Source of the DNA: Octopus sinensis
Lineage: Eukaryota
Direction: 5' to 3'
DNA: 64,000 nucleotides
NCBI RefSeq assembly: GCF_006345805.1
Contig: NC_043011.1
Span: 49,984,464 to 50,048,463, forward strand
Shown: piece by piece, positions 13,101 through 26,231 of the stretch
Layout of the letters: each line of letters opens with the position of its first letter
How positions within the stretch are numbered: position 1 is the first letter of the stretch
Translations under genes and position numbers: made by a program
The notes under the pieces: generated by a model
What the model was told of the DNA's origin: nothing
The model's database searches: none
What the model saw: the letters and a program-made list of their open reading frames with translations, nothing else

Positions 13101-13949
13101 CTTATTAAAACACTTCTAAAAGTGGTTCAATTTCCACTTCCTATTTTAATACACATAGTGACGTTGTACGAGGATTCGGTTATTTTGCGGTTATTTGATC
13201 GATTGTATTACCCGCTCATGAGTTTGTGTGTTAAGCGGGTAAACATTTAACAACCGCACTTCACGTAATCCTCAAGTAAAATCAGCTTCATCCAATAGGT
13301 TAGAAACGTCTGTCGATTAAATTGCAAGCACAATCAACCCGAGAATCTTTTGTATAGTTTTCTTCTACCCAATTTCATTTGCAAAGTGTGGGTCAACCAG
13401 TAGGTGTGGAGAATGACATATACGCCACATAATACATTGAGGTGCTGAAGCGAACCACAAACATCGAGAGACTAGCGCGAACTTCTTAGTCATTAGGCCA
13501 TACAGCACAGTTTCATGTCGTGTGTGCATGTATGCACACACACACACACACACACATACACACACACACATATTCCGAATTTGTGAAAATGCGTATAGAA
13601 TAATATATTAGTTGAATAAAGTTAAAATATGGTCTGGTCTTCACGTTTTTATTGTGATATTTAATAAAAAAAATAAAATTTCCTTCAATGATGAAGGGTT
13701 AAACATTAAATATGTTGTAATGTTCATAAAGTTCTATTAGCGCTTTCATACGTTCGTAGTAATCATCAGATTTGAAAATGTATTTAACTGACGAGTGAAC
13801 TCTTGACAACTGTAGTAAAATGACTGGAGTCTTCCTTTTTGTACCTCTCAGAAAACTCCAACAAGCTGAACTTGTGGAATATGGTTTTGACCAATCCGAA
13901 TGCATCTTAAACGTCACAGTTTACCGGGTGTATCGATATTACCGGCATA

Positions 13950-15170
13950 GATCCCGCCTATATTTTAACCAATAAGCTTGCAGCTTACGAATAATGGATT
14001 TTTATGAGTGAGCAATCATAGTTGGTTTCGATCGTTTTTATTTGAATTGGCGGGAGTCTGCTGTAATTTGTTTATATTCATTTGTGAAAAATATTCTTAA
14101 TCCACATCATTAACTGGCTGTTATGATATTGTTGATATTTCCTTTCAGAACAAGTTTAAACATTTTAATAAAACGTTTATCTTTTTATCTCTCTTCCAAC
14201 CTCACGTGTGTCATATAGGCTGTAGAAAGGAATGATTAGAAGCACTTTCTGACCACATGTTTCTATGTGTTCGCTCAGTGGAATTTGGCGAAAATTAATG
14301 TACCACATTTGTTATTTGTGGACTCGTGACCGTTCCGATAATGCACTCCCTGCCTCGCCAACATATAGTTCCTCGCAATTCAGGCATCTAATGCAAAAGA
14401 TCAAATTTCTGCTTCTGCAGTTCATATCTGCATTTACAAAAATCGGTCTATATTTTTGTTCTAATGGATCTATCCGTATGCATTTATTGACACGTTCCAC
14501 ATCTTTTATCATTATATTTGGATACTATGAATGTTTTATCCCGTTTGTTCATGTTGATTTTTGCCTTTGTTAATAGTTTCGTTAGGTTATGCCGTTGCTT
14601 TTTGCTTCCGTTAAGTGTTTGATTAGTTATTATTTATTTTTTTTTATTTTTCACTTTCTTTCATGACTGGCAAATTTGCTTACATGGTGTTTAAAATGTT
14701 TCGGTGATGCACATCGTGTATTACTAGAAATGGTATTCTTTTCCACTGATGGTTTCGTCTTACTAGTGTTGCCCTAAGTTGTTCTATAGGTGTCTCTTTT
14801 GCTCGTTGTATGCTATATAGCAGTGAATCATATATTTATTTATATATTAGTATTTAAACAGGAAGGAACTGAGTGTGGTGTTAATTTATGCAATAATGTC
14901 AGTACAAGTGATCTGAGGAATTCATTAACCATAAAAGATATTTATTATGTGTGACAACATTGTTAGGCTGTACATAGAAGATGCATAGTGAGTAAATTTG
15001 TTAGGAGTTGGTACTGGAAAGTGTGTTTGTATGAAAGACTCGAGGTGAGGTTTTAAACCAAATCTGTGAACATTGAGTTTCATGGACGTGTCTAAATATG
15101 TCGTATTGCATGCAGACTTATTGAAATAATGTCAGTATAGAAAAATAATGACTGGTTACTCTGCTTCTTT
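13950..15170 (-). mobile_element. Penelope-like element fragment with GIY-YIG endonuclease
   Basis: ORF 14312-14512 CRSRNLIFCIRCLNCEELYVGEAGSALSERSRVH fits the PLE GIY-YIG pattern; upstream IQRAKETPIEQLR resembles the PLE RT-EN linker. Confidence 0.7.
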
Positions 15171-15299
15171 AAGCTTTCGTATATATTTTATTCATTTGCC
15201 TGTACGGCTGATAATTCTCTTTCCACTTGTGACGGTATTTTAATAATTCCATACCTACACACACAAACACACACGCACACACACACACTAGCTCCTACA

Positions 15300-15457
15300 C
15301 GTATTTTTTCTCTCCTTGTTTTTTTGTGTGTATCTTTCTGTCGAAGAGCGTAGGCTCGAAACGTAAAAGACTTTTTCAATTCCTGAGCGCTATACTAATA
15401 CATTTGTTTGTTTGTACTCCACCTAGCTTCGTCTTTTGTTTATTTTCGTAAACTTTC

Positions 15458-15460
<3 letters not shown>
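15300..15460 (+). ncRNA. Short interspersed repeat carrying a minimal type I hammerhead-like motif (family H1)
   Basis: tcttt CTGTCGA a gagc-gtag-gctc GAA acgt A aaaga (15333-15372); second copy at 51985-52145. Core position A6 is U. Confidence 0.6.
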
Positions 15461-15498
<38 letters not shown>

Positions 15499-15504
15499 CA
15501 CACA

Positions 15505-15657
15505 ACGGGCTTCGTTTCCGTCTACCAAATCCACTCACAAGGCTTTGGTCGGCCTTCGCTATAGTAGAAGACACTTGCCCAAGGTGCCACGCAGTGGGAC
15601 TGAATCCGGACCCATGTGGTTGGTAAGCAAGCTACTTACCACACAGCCACTCCTGCG

Positions 15658-15659
<2 letters not shown>
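15505..15659 (-). mobile_element. SINE family A head
   Basis: Near-consensus reverse-complement head ending cagccactcctgcgcc. Confidence 0.9.
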
Positions 15660-15708
<49 letters not shown>

Positions 15709-15728
15709 TATATATATATGTATGTGTG

Positions 15729-15777
<49 letters not shown>

Positions 15778-16599
15778 TAGTATATATGTATATATAAATA
15801 TCGTTATTCTTGTATCAAATCTAAGATTTGCCCTATTCGTGAGTTTACTACATTGCTGTGTCTGTATGTATATATGCTTGTATGTATATATACACCTTTA
15901 TACATGTGTGCTTAATCGTATGTCTGTTACCCTTGTTTGATAACTAGCGAAAATGAACTAATATATTTCCTCACGGGACCTACTAGGTCAGTTTAAAGTT
16001 GGAAGCACTAGTTTTTAAGAACGTAGAATTAGTTGCCTCGAAAATGATGGACGCGAATTAATGTCATTAGACCCAACAGCCATTCTGAAATAATTGAATT
16101 TAAGAAGTATAAGGGAGGTAATTATTAGCTGTTTCATGCCCGTTTATATTAATGTAAAGTAAATATACTATATTAGCTTAGCTAATAACATAACAGAAAG
16201 AAATAGCCCAGTGGAATTCCATAACATATATCAAGTATGTTATTGATGGAAGAAATTAAAACTATTTAGGCCGGAGAGGAAAAATTAGAAATGTTAACGT
16301 TAATAATTTGCTGAGATTGAAAGTCAAAATATATAAATAAAGGTTTATAATACATGGAGCATAATGTAAAACTGGAGGATATTAACATGACGAAAGTTAA
16401 AGATGTCTATATGAGCTGCTGTACCCTGTTGTCAATGGCTCATGTATTAATTTAGATTATTGTTAGTTTGCGGACATTGGCTTGAAGATAGAAAGTTGGG
16501 TGGCGTGATGTCATTTAGGGATATATGTGGAGATGCTCGTACAGTAGATATGTCTCTGCTTGATGGCGACTGAGTATGCGCCTGTTCAAATGATACGGT

Positions 16600-16905
16600 T
16601 TACTCTTTTACTTGTTTCAGCCATTTGACTGCGGCCATGTTGGAGCATCGCCTTTACTCGAGCAAATCGACCGCAGGACTTATTTTTTGTAAGCCTAGTA
16701 ATTATACTATCGGTCTATTTTGCCGAACCGCTATTTTGACAACCAATGCTGGTGCGTTTACGTCCCCGTCACCTAGCGGTTCGGCAAAAGAGACCAATAG
16801 AATAAGTACTGGGCTTACAAAGAATAAGTCCCGGGATCGATTTGCTCGACTAAAGGCGGTTCTCCAGCATGGCTGCAGTCAAATGACTGAAACATGTAAA
16901 AGAGA
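16600..16905. mobile_element. Two SINE family A 3' halves in inverted orientation
   Basis: 16600-16733 is the reverse complement of the tail; 16737-16905 is the tail in forward orientation. Confidence 0.85.
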
Positions 16906-17074
16906 TATGCATATATATATACATATATGTATATAAATGTATATATGGATATCTATATATATATATATGTATATACACACACATATATGTATATATATAT
17001 AAAACTACCTATCTATCTATATTTATTTATACTTCTGTATATATAATTATGCAAATATATATATATATATATAT

Positions 17075-17127
<53 letters not shown>

Positions 17128-17514
17128 ATGCATATTTAAATACATTCATTCATTTTATATTGACTTGAAGATATACACACATACATACGCCGAGCCAGTG
17201 CATGTCAATACTTCTATACTCTCTAATTCTGTACTTGCAATACACCTGCAGCAATATGTCCAAGAGAGAGCGAGAGCGACAGAGACAGAGACAGAGAGGG
17301 AGAGAGAGAGAAAGAGAGAGAGAGAGTGAGAGAGAGAGAGAGAGAAATCTAGATATACGATATTATCTGACACATCATCAGGCCCGGAGTGTTTTTCATC
17401 CTCTCAGATTTCGGTTTCACTTCCTCATATTATTTGGCTCTGTTTCTGCTAACAACAACATACTTCTGATATCGATTTATCTGCACTACCTTACGCCTCT
17501 TCATCCATCTACCC

Positions 17515-17563
17515 CTCATTATTATTATTATTAATATTATTATTCTTTTGTTATTGTTATTGC

Positions 17564-17617
<54 letters not shown>

Positions 17618-17673
17618 CATTATTATATAATTATTATTATTATTATTATTATTCTTTTTGTTATTGTTATTGC

Positions 17674-17722
<49 letters not shown>

Positions 17723-17877
17723 GTTTTTTTGTTATTGCTATTCTTCTTCTTCTTATTATTATTATTATATAATTATTATTATTATTATTATTATTATTGC
17801 TATTGCTATTATTATTATTATTATTCTACTTATTATTATTATTGTTATTATTATCATTATTATTATTGTTATTATTA

Positions 17878-17914
<37 letters not shown>

Positions 17915-18085
17915 CATCATCATCATCATCGTCATTTTTATTATTAATAATAATAACAACAATAATAATAATCGTTACAAATTTTTGACCTTGTGTTAAG
18001 TTTAGAAATTTTTGATGCTTTTGTTGTTGTTGTTGTTGTTGTTGCTGTTGTCATTGTTATTTTTGTTATTGTTGTTACTATTATT
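17515..18085. repeat. Compound (TTA)n/(GTT)n microsatellite with an internal ~110-bp duplicated unit
   Basis: The interrupted motif ttcttttgttattgttattgctatt recurs at ~17545 and ~17653. Confidence 0.95.
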
Positions 18086-18864
18086 GTTAAAATGATCCGT
18101 ATGTATGAAGACCATATAGAGTTATTGTTTTGTTTTTTTTCTTTTTTCTCTCCTTTGATTTCTGCAAGCCATATTCTCTATCATTTCGAAGAATGCTTCT
18201 CAATCAGAGATTCCTTTCAAGATTTCTTCAGAAACTCTCTCTCTCTCTCTCAGTCTGACAGATTGAAGTGCCAACCTTTAATATCTTTTCCACGTTCAAA
18301 CCTCCCCACTTACGCCTTCCCCCCTCTCTCTCTCTCTCTCTCACTATCTAGCTATCTCTATCACTATCTCTCTTTCTCTGGATTACTTTCAGATAGATAA
18401 GATCCCAAATTTGCATTTTGCCATTTTTTTTTCCTTCTGGCATTATTCAATACATACTTATGGCACCAATCTCGATTTTCCTTGTGTATTTATCGCGTTT
18501 TATTTTTCAGTTATATTTCGTATGAGGCTTGTTAGTTTCTATTCAAATAATATTGTTCATTCTACCCGAATATATTGGATTGCCACGTGCATTTCTTCGT
18601 GTGTTCACATTCATTTGAACTAAACAAAAGCTAAATAATTTTATAGTGGTGTTTTATGCGGCACCATTGTATCACTTTGCTTCCTCTACAAATTTTGTTT
18701 ATCGCTTTTGAAATTAGAATAAAATTCTTCTCTCTTCAGATGTTAGGCGATTGAGTGCCAACTGGACAAAAAGCTAAGGAATTTCTCTGATAACCTAATA
18801 CCTTCTTAGTTACTAACTCCCGCACACACACACAGATACACGCATATATTCATACAGGAATATC

Positions 18865-18936
18865 ATTGATAGATAGATAAATAGATACATACATACATAC
18901 ATACATACATACATAGAGTGAGATAGAGAGAGATAG

Positions 18937-19026
<90 letters not shown>

Positions 19027-19317
19027 GTAAGTAGATAGGTGAGTAGGTAGGTAGGTAGGTAGGTATGTAGGTAGGTAGGTAGGTAGATAGATAGGTAGGT
19101 AGATAGGTAGATAGGTAGATAGGTAGATAGATAGATTTCTTTATTGGCCACGTAGGGCTGAACACAGAAGGAACAAAATACAAAGTAGAGCTTTTCTTTT
19201 GGGGAAAAAGAGAAGGAAAAGAAAAAATAAATAAATAAAAATTTTTTAATAAAAATAAAGGGAGTCGAATTCCGACCAAAGGGATCGTGAAAAGAAAGGA
19301 AAAATGATAGATAGATG

Positions 19318-19411
<94 letters not shown>

Positions 19412-19450
19412 CATAATGATTGATAGTTAGATAAAGATAGGTAGATAGAT
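18865..19450. repeat. (GATA)n/(TAGG)n microsatellite blocks
   Basis: Direct reading; source of the spurious 215-aa and 183-aa ORFs. Confidence 0.95.
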
Positions 19451-19479
19451 TTATATACAATTGTTTAAGTATGAATAAC

Positions 19480-19696
19480 TACGAGGGGAAGCTGAAAAGT
19501 TTCTGTCTTTGGATAGACGAAAATACAGGAAGATCGGTTATGATATGATTCAACATTTCCTTCTCTTAGATTCTAACAGTTATTGCAGCAGTCCTTCAGT
19601 TTCTCTAAGCTCTTCAAAAGAACTCGCAAGGATGGGCCTCCAACCAGGCCTTTTGCGACACCTTTAAAGCCAGAAAATTTTCAGTGACCCCTCGTA
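19480..19696. mobile_element. Mariner-type MITE
   Basis: TIRs cgaggggaagctgaaaagtttctg / cagaaaattttcagtgacccctcg flanked by TA on both sides; related copy at 34000-34207. Confidence 0.85.
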
Positions 19697-19858
19697 TGTG
19701 TACAAATGCATGTAGGTATGCATACCTTTATTTACAAGTATAAGTATATATATGTGTGTATGCATGTATGTATATATATATGTATGTATATAGACACAGT
19801 CTCTGTATGTATATGTGCATGTATGTGTTAAGTGTATATGTATATATATATATATATC

Positions 19859-20417
19859 AATAGTTATCGCCATACTAATATGGCATTCTTAAAAATAAGA
19901 ATAAAGCTGTCGCTGATTAGCTCCATGAAGCCATCGCCTCAAGCTAGCTACTTGACACACAAACTGCGTTCGTTATTAAACCTTCGAACAGGGGAGGTCA
20001 GCCGCTTCAACCTGCTAGTCCGACAGCTACAGACATGTTTCAGGGTTGTTGCCCCTTCTCAATGCAGCGTAGTCAGACCTGCAGGTGTCGCTACTAACCG
20101 TCTCCGTTCGAAGATTCTATTTACCTAGTTACGGTGGAATACATCCACTTGTTTTCAATAATAGAAATATTAAAATTACTAAGTCTCTTTAAAAGACTAG
20201 CAGGTTGAAGCGGCTGACCTCCCCTGTTCGAAGGTTTAATAACGGACGCAGTTTGTGTGTCAAGTAGCTAGCTTGAGGCGATGGCTTCATGGAGCTAATC
20301 AGCGACAGCTTTATTCTTATTTTTAAGAATGCCATATTAGTATGGCGATAACTATTAATTTACAGAAACGCTGTCGTAATCTCTTTTAAAGAGACTTAGT
20401 AATTTTAATATTTCTAT
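19859..20417. repeat. Nested inverted repeat A-X-B-A'-Y-B'
   Basis: A 19859-20020 and A' 20195-20356 (162 bp, 1 mismatch); B 20161-20194 and B' 20384-20417 (34 bp, exact). Confidence 0.95.
20024..20068 (-). ncRNA. Type I hammerhead-like motif with U3-A8 core variant
   Basis: Minus strand reads gctgca TTGAGAA gggg-caacaa-ccct GAA acatgt C tgtagc: 6-bp stem I, palindromic stem III, GUC site. Confidence 0.55.
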
Positions 20418-20499
20418 ATATATATACGAATATGCAAACGTCTGTGTGTCATTGTGTAATTGAATCTGTAAGCTTTGATTGGTGAGTCTATTCTTTATT

Positions 20500-21130
20500 G
20501 TTTAGGTCTCATGTCCAGAATGTAGGATACAACTGATCATATCCTGCCACAAATCTTTGTACTTTGTTCTGTGTAACAGTTCCATTTCCTAATGTTTAGT
20601 GCCTCTTTCACCCAACCAGTTCATCAAGCGTGACATCCATATCATACTTCTTCTTCGTCTGCTATTTTTTGCCACCATCAATCGTTCCGGCTATCGCTTC
20701 ATTCTTCAGGCCCTCTTTCTTTGTCACACGAGCGAGAAATCTCAGTTTTTTGGCCCCTGTCTCACGTAGCAGTTTCCTATTTACAGCAACCCTAGTCACC
20801 ACTTGTTTTTGCACTTTGTCTGTTCATGCTACCCTCAATAATTCTCTTTAAGAAATACAATTCACCGCTCTACAACCAACTTCTGATTTGTTATCTTATA
20901 CACAATACCTCGCTTCCATACATTTACATAGGGTAGACACAGCAGTTCAATATACGGAGGTTGGTTTTTATGGACAGAGTACGGCTTCTCTAGATATTAT
21001 GCAATTTTGAAAATGCAGATTTTGCCAGCTCTATACGTTTTTTGATCGCCTTCACAAGTCTTATATCTTCTGGGATCAAAGTTCCAAAGAAGCCGAAGGG
21101 TGATACCTGCTCAATGATTTGATCCTTCAC
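20500..21130 (-). mobile_element. RTE-clade LINE fragment (post-RT C-terminal region, decayed)
   Basis: Minus-strand translation IEQVSPFGFFGTLIPED...KKRIELAKSAF...LRILNCCVYP..MYGSE matches the typical RTE region. Confidence 0.65.
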
Positions 21131-21461
21131 ATTTAGCACGTGTGTCTACATGTATTTATTGATGTCGGATGTAGACACACAATATCTATGTCATATCTAT
21201 GACACAATATCTATGATTAAACACACTACACACACAAACACACATACACACAGGCACGCACATACATACATATACACATACAAGCATAAACATATGTTGG
21301 TGTACTCATTCATATAATGCAGATATATGCAGGTATTTTCTAAATTTACTCACTTCTGCTCAACACATTATGTATATCGTATGAGTGTGTTTATATATGA
21401 GTGTTATGTACAACTGTCGCTCTCTCCACCTTATATATATATATCTCTATTTCTATTTCTC

Positions 21462-21511
<50 letters not shown>

Positions 21512-22149
21512 GTTTATGATTCTTTGAATTGCGTCCATAAATGAACGGGCTGCTTCTAGCAAAGTAGCGAAGCTCCACTGCTGGAATGTTGTTAAGAACA
21601 GAAAATATCGATACGTTCATCTTAAGAAATTCTTGTATAGTTTCCTCCTCTTTTCTTGATATTTATTTCAATAATACTTCTTAGATTATCATTGCATATG
21701 CCTTCCCCCCACGCCTTAAGTATTGTAGATTATGCACTAGATACTTAGCAACATAACCAAACGCCCCAATGCTTATATCATTATATGGTGTCATTATGAT
21801 GACAACGTATAATGTAAAGGCAGACGATAAGACGCTGTAGGGTTCGTTCTAGCGGTTTGTAAATATTAACTTTCTCGACATTTTTAAATGAAGTACATTT
21901 TTCGTTCGAAAAATTGACCCCCACTTCTTTGCTTCACTTCCGTTCATATTTTGTACACAAATATTTGTGTCAGGCAAATTGTGTTTACATTTAGATGCGG
22001 TGTTGTTTGGTATTTCATGCTTTTTTAATTTTTTTTCAAGGTATTTCATTTACAACAGAAATACGTTGCTATACTTCGGTACGATTATTTGACTAATAAG
22101 AAACACAGATTTGGTCATTTATCACATACTAAATGAGTGAAGGTAATGA

Positions 22150-22340
22150 GCAGGTAGAACTGTTAGCGCGTCTGACAAAAAGTTTGCAACAATCATCCTC
22201 GAACCGTACGTTTTGAGTTCAATTCTTGCTAATCAATACAATACTTAACATCACTTCGGGGTCGATTAGATAATGTGCTAAGCCAAACACTAGTGTCCAT
22301 GTAATTGACAAAACCTTTTCTGGCCTGTTGGCAAAATATT
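22150..22340 (+). mobile_element. SINE family C (degraded)
   Basis: ggtagaactgttagcgcg...gttttgagttcaattcttgc...ttcggggtcgattagataa. Confidence 0.55.
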
Positions 22341-22342
22341 GA

Positions 22343-22690
22343 AATTATTATTATTATTATTATTATTATTGAGTGAGAGAGCAGTACGTGCCATCAAAGT
22401 GACGCTGGGGTAAATTATACGAAGCCCGCGTATACCCACTGTGACTGCCCGTCCGATAAGGGTACACTAGGCACAAGAATAACAACCATATGTGCGCGAC
22501 ATTGTGATCTAATATCAAGATAAACAGCACATGACCTTGCAGGTGTGGCCCAGTTAGAATTTTCTTCTAGTCGAGTAACCCATCCCGCTCAAAAGGTCCC
22601 TGAATAAGGATTGTTTAAGGATGTTGAACGAAACACGCATGTTTCCAGAGGTGAATTATTCAAACGCCCAAAATCCCTCTAAACACACAT
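22343..22690 (-). mobile_element. Interspersed repeat ending in a (TAA)n tail, probable non-LTR 3' end
   Basis: GC-richer block abutting a (tta)n run; orientation inferred from the tail. Confidence 0.4.
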
Positions 22691-22694
22691 ATAT

Positions 22695-22760
<66 letters not shown>

Positions 22761-23029
22761 TATACATATATATGTATGTGTGCATATGCTCATACTTTTT
22801 TTATTAAAGCTGCAAAAGCATTACAAAAGCATCATGAAGACTTGATTCTTGATCGACGAACGAGAACATGAAACTCTGAATAACAGATTATGTTATTCAA
22901 CGTTAATAAAATGTATATTACTCTACCTTCGGTATTCAAGTACTATTTTTCGACCTTGCATTATATTTATCTGCTTACTCGTGTATGTATGTATGTATGT
23001 ATGTATGTATGTATGTATGTATGTATGTT

Positions 23030-23425
23030 ACACTTTCAGGAGGGAAGGGTCTTCCTTTGATGCTGACATGCAATGTCTGTGCAAGACCCTGCCTCAGTAA
23101 AGCTGGACTCAAGAGTCATCTTCGTAGTCATAAAACGAGACAGATGAGTGACAACCTGGCCACTGGTGGTGGTGTAACACACCATACTAATCATATCTGC
23201 CAGGCATGTGGAAGAGAGTGTAATTCGGCAGGAGTACTTAAACGACATGCAAGCGTACATGTAGCCCAGTTACAACTACAGTCGGCTATTACCAGTAAAG
23301 GTCTTAGTTGCCAATTTTGTACAAGACATTGTAGATCTTTAGCTGGGCTAAAAAGTCACATTCGATCGCAGCACCAGTAACAGTTAAGCTTCGTGCAATG
23401 GTCATAGGGATCAGCCATAATAATA
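23030..23425 (+). mobile_element. 3' end of an RTE-like LINE with three tandem C2H2-type zinc fingers
   Basis: CNVCARPCLSKAGLKSHLRSH, CQACGRECNSAGVLKRHASVH, CQFCTRHCRSLAGLKSHIRSQH, then stop, short UTR and taataat tail; no TGEKP linkers. Confidence 0.6.
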
Positions 23426-24129
23426 TGTATGTATATATATATATATATATGCGTGTGTGTGTGAGTGTGCGTGTTTAAAATACACATATATTGCCAACGG
23501 AAATGAAAGATAGATTTGAATATACGCATATCAAAAGTTATCTAGAGCAGCTATTGTGGGCATGCGTACGATGCTTCTATTTTTGAGCAGTTTCTAATCA
23601 TCGCAAATTTCCCTTCGCGCTATGCCAATACTGAATGTATGGTGAACAGAATATCAAAGATTTCCTTAGATTTGTTTCCTACAAAAAATGTCGCCAATTG
23701 AAGATATTTTCTTAAACACGAAGCACATATTAAGGCACCACTAACTTAATTTTATAACACATATGTTATCTATTCTTACGTATTTTTCTTCAATTATATT
23801 CAAGATATTCATGCCATATATGAATATATATCTATAACATGCAATCTTGTTAGTATATATCTATGTTCAGACACACACATGCATACACATATATATAGAG
23901 AGAGGGACATACAAGTGTTTGTCAGTATGCATACATGTACGTAAATAGAGATGAATATATATATAGAGAGATAGATAGGTAGATTGATACATAGATAGAT
24001 AGACATATATATGTATATACGTATGCCTATGTGCACATACACACATCCATACATGCAAATACACACATACACATATATGTGTATGCATAGATATCTATAG
24101 ATATATGGTAGGCGTATATGTTTTGTAAA

Positions 24130-24470
24130 TGTTTTGATGTATTTATTATTCCAGCACGGTTTTCCTTTTCCTATCTCTTCAACGCCTCTACCGCAAGCAA
24201 TAAAGTATTTCTAGCTGTGCAACAATCATGAGATAACGAAAGTAATTGAAAAAAATCTGTCCTATACACGTTTGGCGTTAACGTTGTGATTGCAGTTATA
24301 ATGGTCATACATCCTCCATTTCCTGTCGCCGAATGACAATGCATTTGCCACAAGGGTTTATGGCAATATTGGCAACTTGATAGCAGGCACGCTGTCACAT
24401 ATTGAACACACTGCGATTTTATTGAAGAATTTGCATGTTGGATAAGGTGTCCCAGACGAATGCAGTCTTG
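24130..24470 (-). other. Unique-sequence island, possible exon
   Basis: Acceptor-like tatattttcccaag followed by a ~100-codon open frame; no recognisable family with confidence. Confidence 0.2.
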
Positions 24471-25667
24471 GGAAAATATAGAGCGTTTATTGCAATAGTA
24501 GAAATGCTTTTCATCATAGATTCGAATATCATTGCTGATTGGTTCTTAACACCAGCGTTGAAAAGATCGATAGAATTAGAGGAGTAAATAAAACTCTATG
24601 ATTTTAACTTGGACCACAACCTCCATTTTCAGATCTGGGAAAATTCAGTGGAACTCAATATGAGTTTGGTACATACGGATAAAGAATAAAGAAAGACGAA
24701 TAAAGAAAGCTCAATACACACCTTAGTGACATCTGATCAAAAATTGAGAATACGTAGTAAGTCATTACGATTGTACAACACATAAAGAGAAGCATATATA
24801 AGTGGTGTTCGTGTGCATGAATTACACAAACACATGCACACGCGCACACACATACGCACTCAGGAGCGCGTGCAATCTCACAGATAGACAGACAGCTACA
24901 TACATACATACATAAATACATACATACATACATACATACATACATACATACATACATACATACATACATAGAAAGATAGAAAGATCTGTTTCTTTATTAG
25001 CCACACAGGGCTGCTCACAGAAAGATAGGTAGATAGATAAATAGATAGATCGATTGATGGATAGAAAGATAGATAGATAGGTAGGTAGGTAAGTAGATAG
25101 ATAGATAAATAGATAGATAGATAGATCGAATGATTGATTGATAAATACAAACATACATACATACATAGAAAGATAGAAAGATAGATATGGGGAAAGTGAG
25201 TAAGATGGATGTATAGATAGTTAAATGGATAAATAAAAAGATATACTTAAATACACAAATATATACATATGTGTCTGAGTGTGTGCGTGTGTATGTGTGT
25301 GTATGTGTGTGTATGAGAGTGTAGTATACGCACAAATAGAGAGAAAGAGAGAGAGAGAATAGTCGCTTGATATTTCCATTTCAAAATAACTTTAAATATT
25401 TGAATGGAATAAGCAATTGATAAAGGCCCGTGAATCCTGACGGGCCTGGGGAGAGGCTCCTTTAGTAGCATTTGAAGTACCACGGAATCAGAATCAAACT
25501 GATTTGAACAATTCATGTAACTCCCAATAAAAGAGCTGAGTGCCCTTTCGTTTGTCCATTCACTAATACATACATAAATACATACACACACATACATACA
25601 TAATACATACATACATAATACATACATACATACATACATACATACGTACATACGTACATACATACAT

Positions 25668-25870
25668 ACATCGTGTGTCCCGTCGGCGATTTTTTTTCCT
25701 CTGTCTTCCCTTCTCTGGATCTTTCCTTCTCCTATATTTCCGACGAAGAGCTCCGCTCGAAACGTTAAACCCTCCTTTTTTCCTTCTTTCCTGAGCGTCC
25801 AATAATACTATATTTGTTCCACGTCCTCGCGTTGTGTTTTTTTGTGTTTTCTTATTTGGATTAACTTTAT
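25668..25870 (+). ncRNA. Short repeat with minimal hammerhead-like motif (family H2)
   Basis: CCGACGA (25740-25746) a gagc-tcc-gctc GAA acgt T aaa; shares ttcctgagcg with H1; inverted copy at 28295-28492. Confidence 0.6.
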
Positions 25871-25884
25871 ATATATATATATAT

Positions 25885-26085
25885 ACCGGTGTAAACACAT
25901 AAATGTGAAACAAGGTGGAAAAAAGAGTACTCAAATACCAGGGGTAGAGTAATATGCTTTATTTAAAAGCAGCAGAAATTCAACAAAACCTGTTGCTCGG
26001 AATTTCACGTTCCCGTCCGACGAACGGGAACGTGAAACTCCGAGTAACAGGTTTTGTTGAATTTCTGCTGCTTTTAAATAAAGTA
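25885..26085 (+). ncRNA. Fold-back repeat containing a hammerhead-like motif (family H3)
   Basis: 60-bp arms 25957-26016 and 26024-26083 (58/60 complementary), loop CCGACGA; right arm is acg-ggaa-cgt GAA actc-c-gagt A acagg. Confidence 0.7.
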
Positions 26086-26182
26086 TATATATATATATAT
26101 ATACAGTATTTGAAGTGATGGTACAAGTATTGTATATTTAGAATATTTATTCTCTCTCTCTCTCCCTCTGTTTCTCTGTGTA

Positions 26183-26231
<49 letters not shown>

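Noticed and set aside
22985-23380. Host C2H2 zinc-finger gene
   Set aside because: No TGEKP linkers, starts abruptly at a microsatellite, and has RTE-type finger spacing and a LINE-like 3' tail; reported as a LINE fragment instead.
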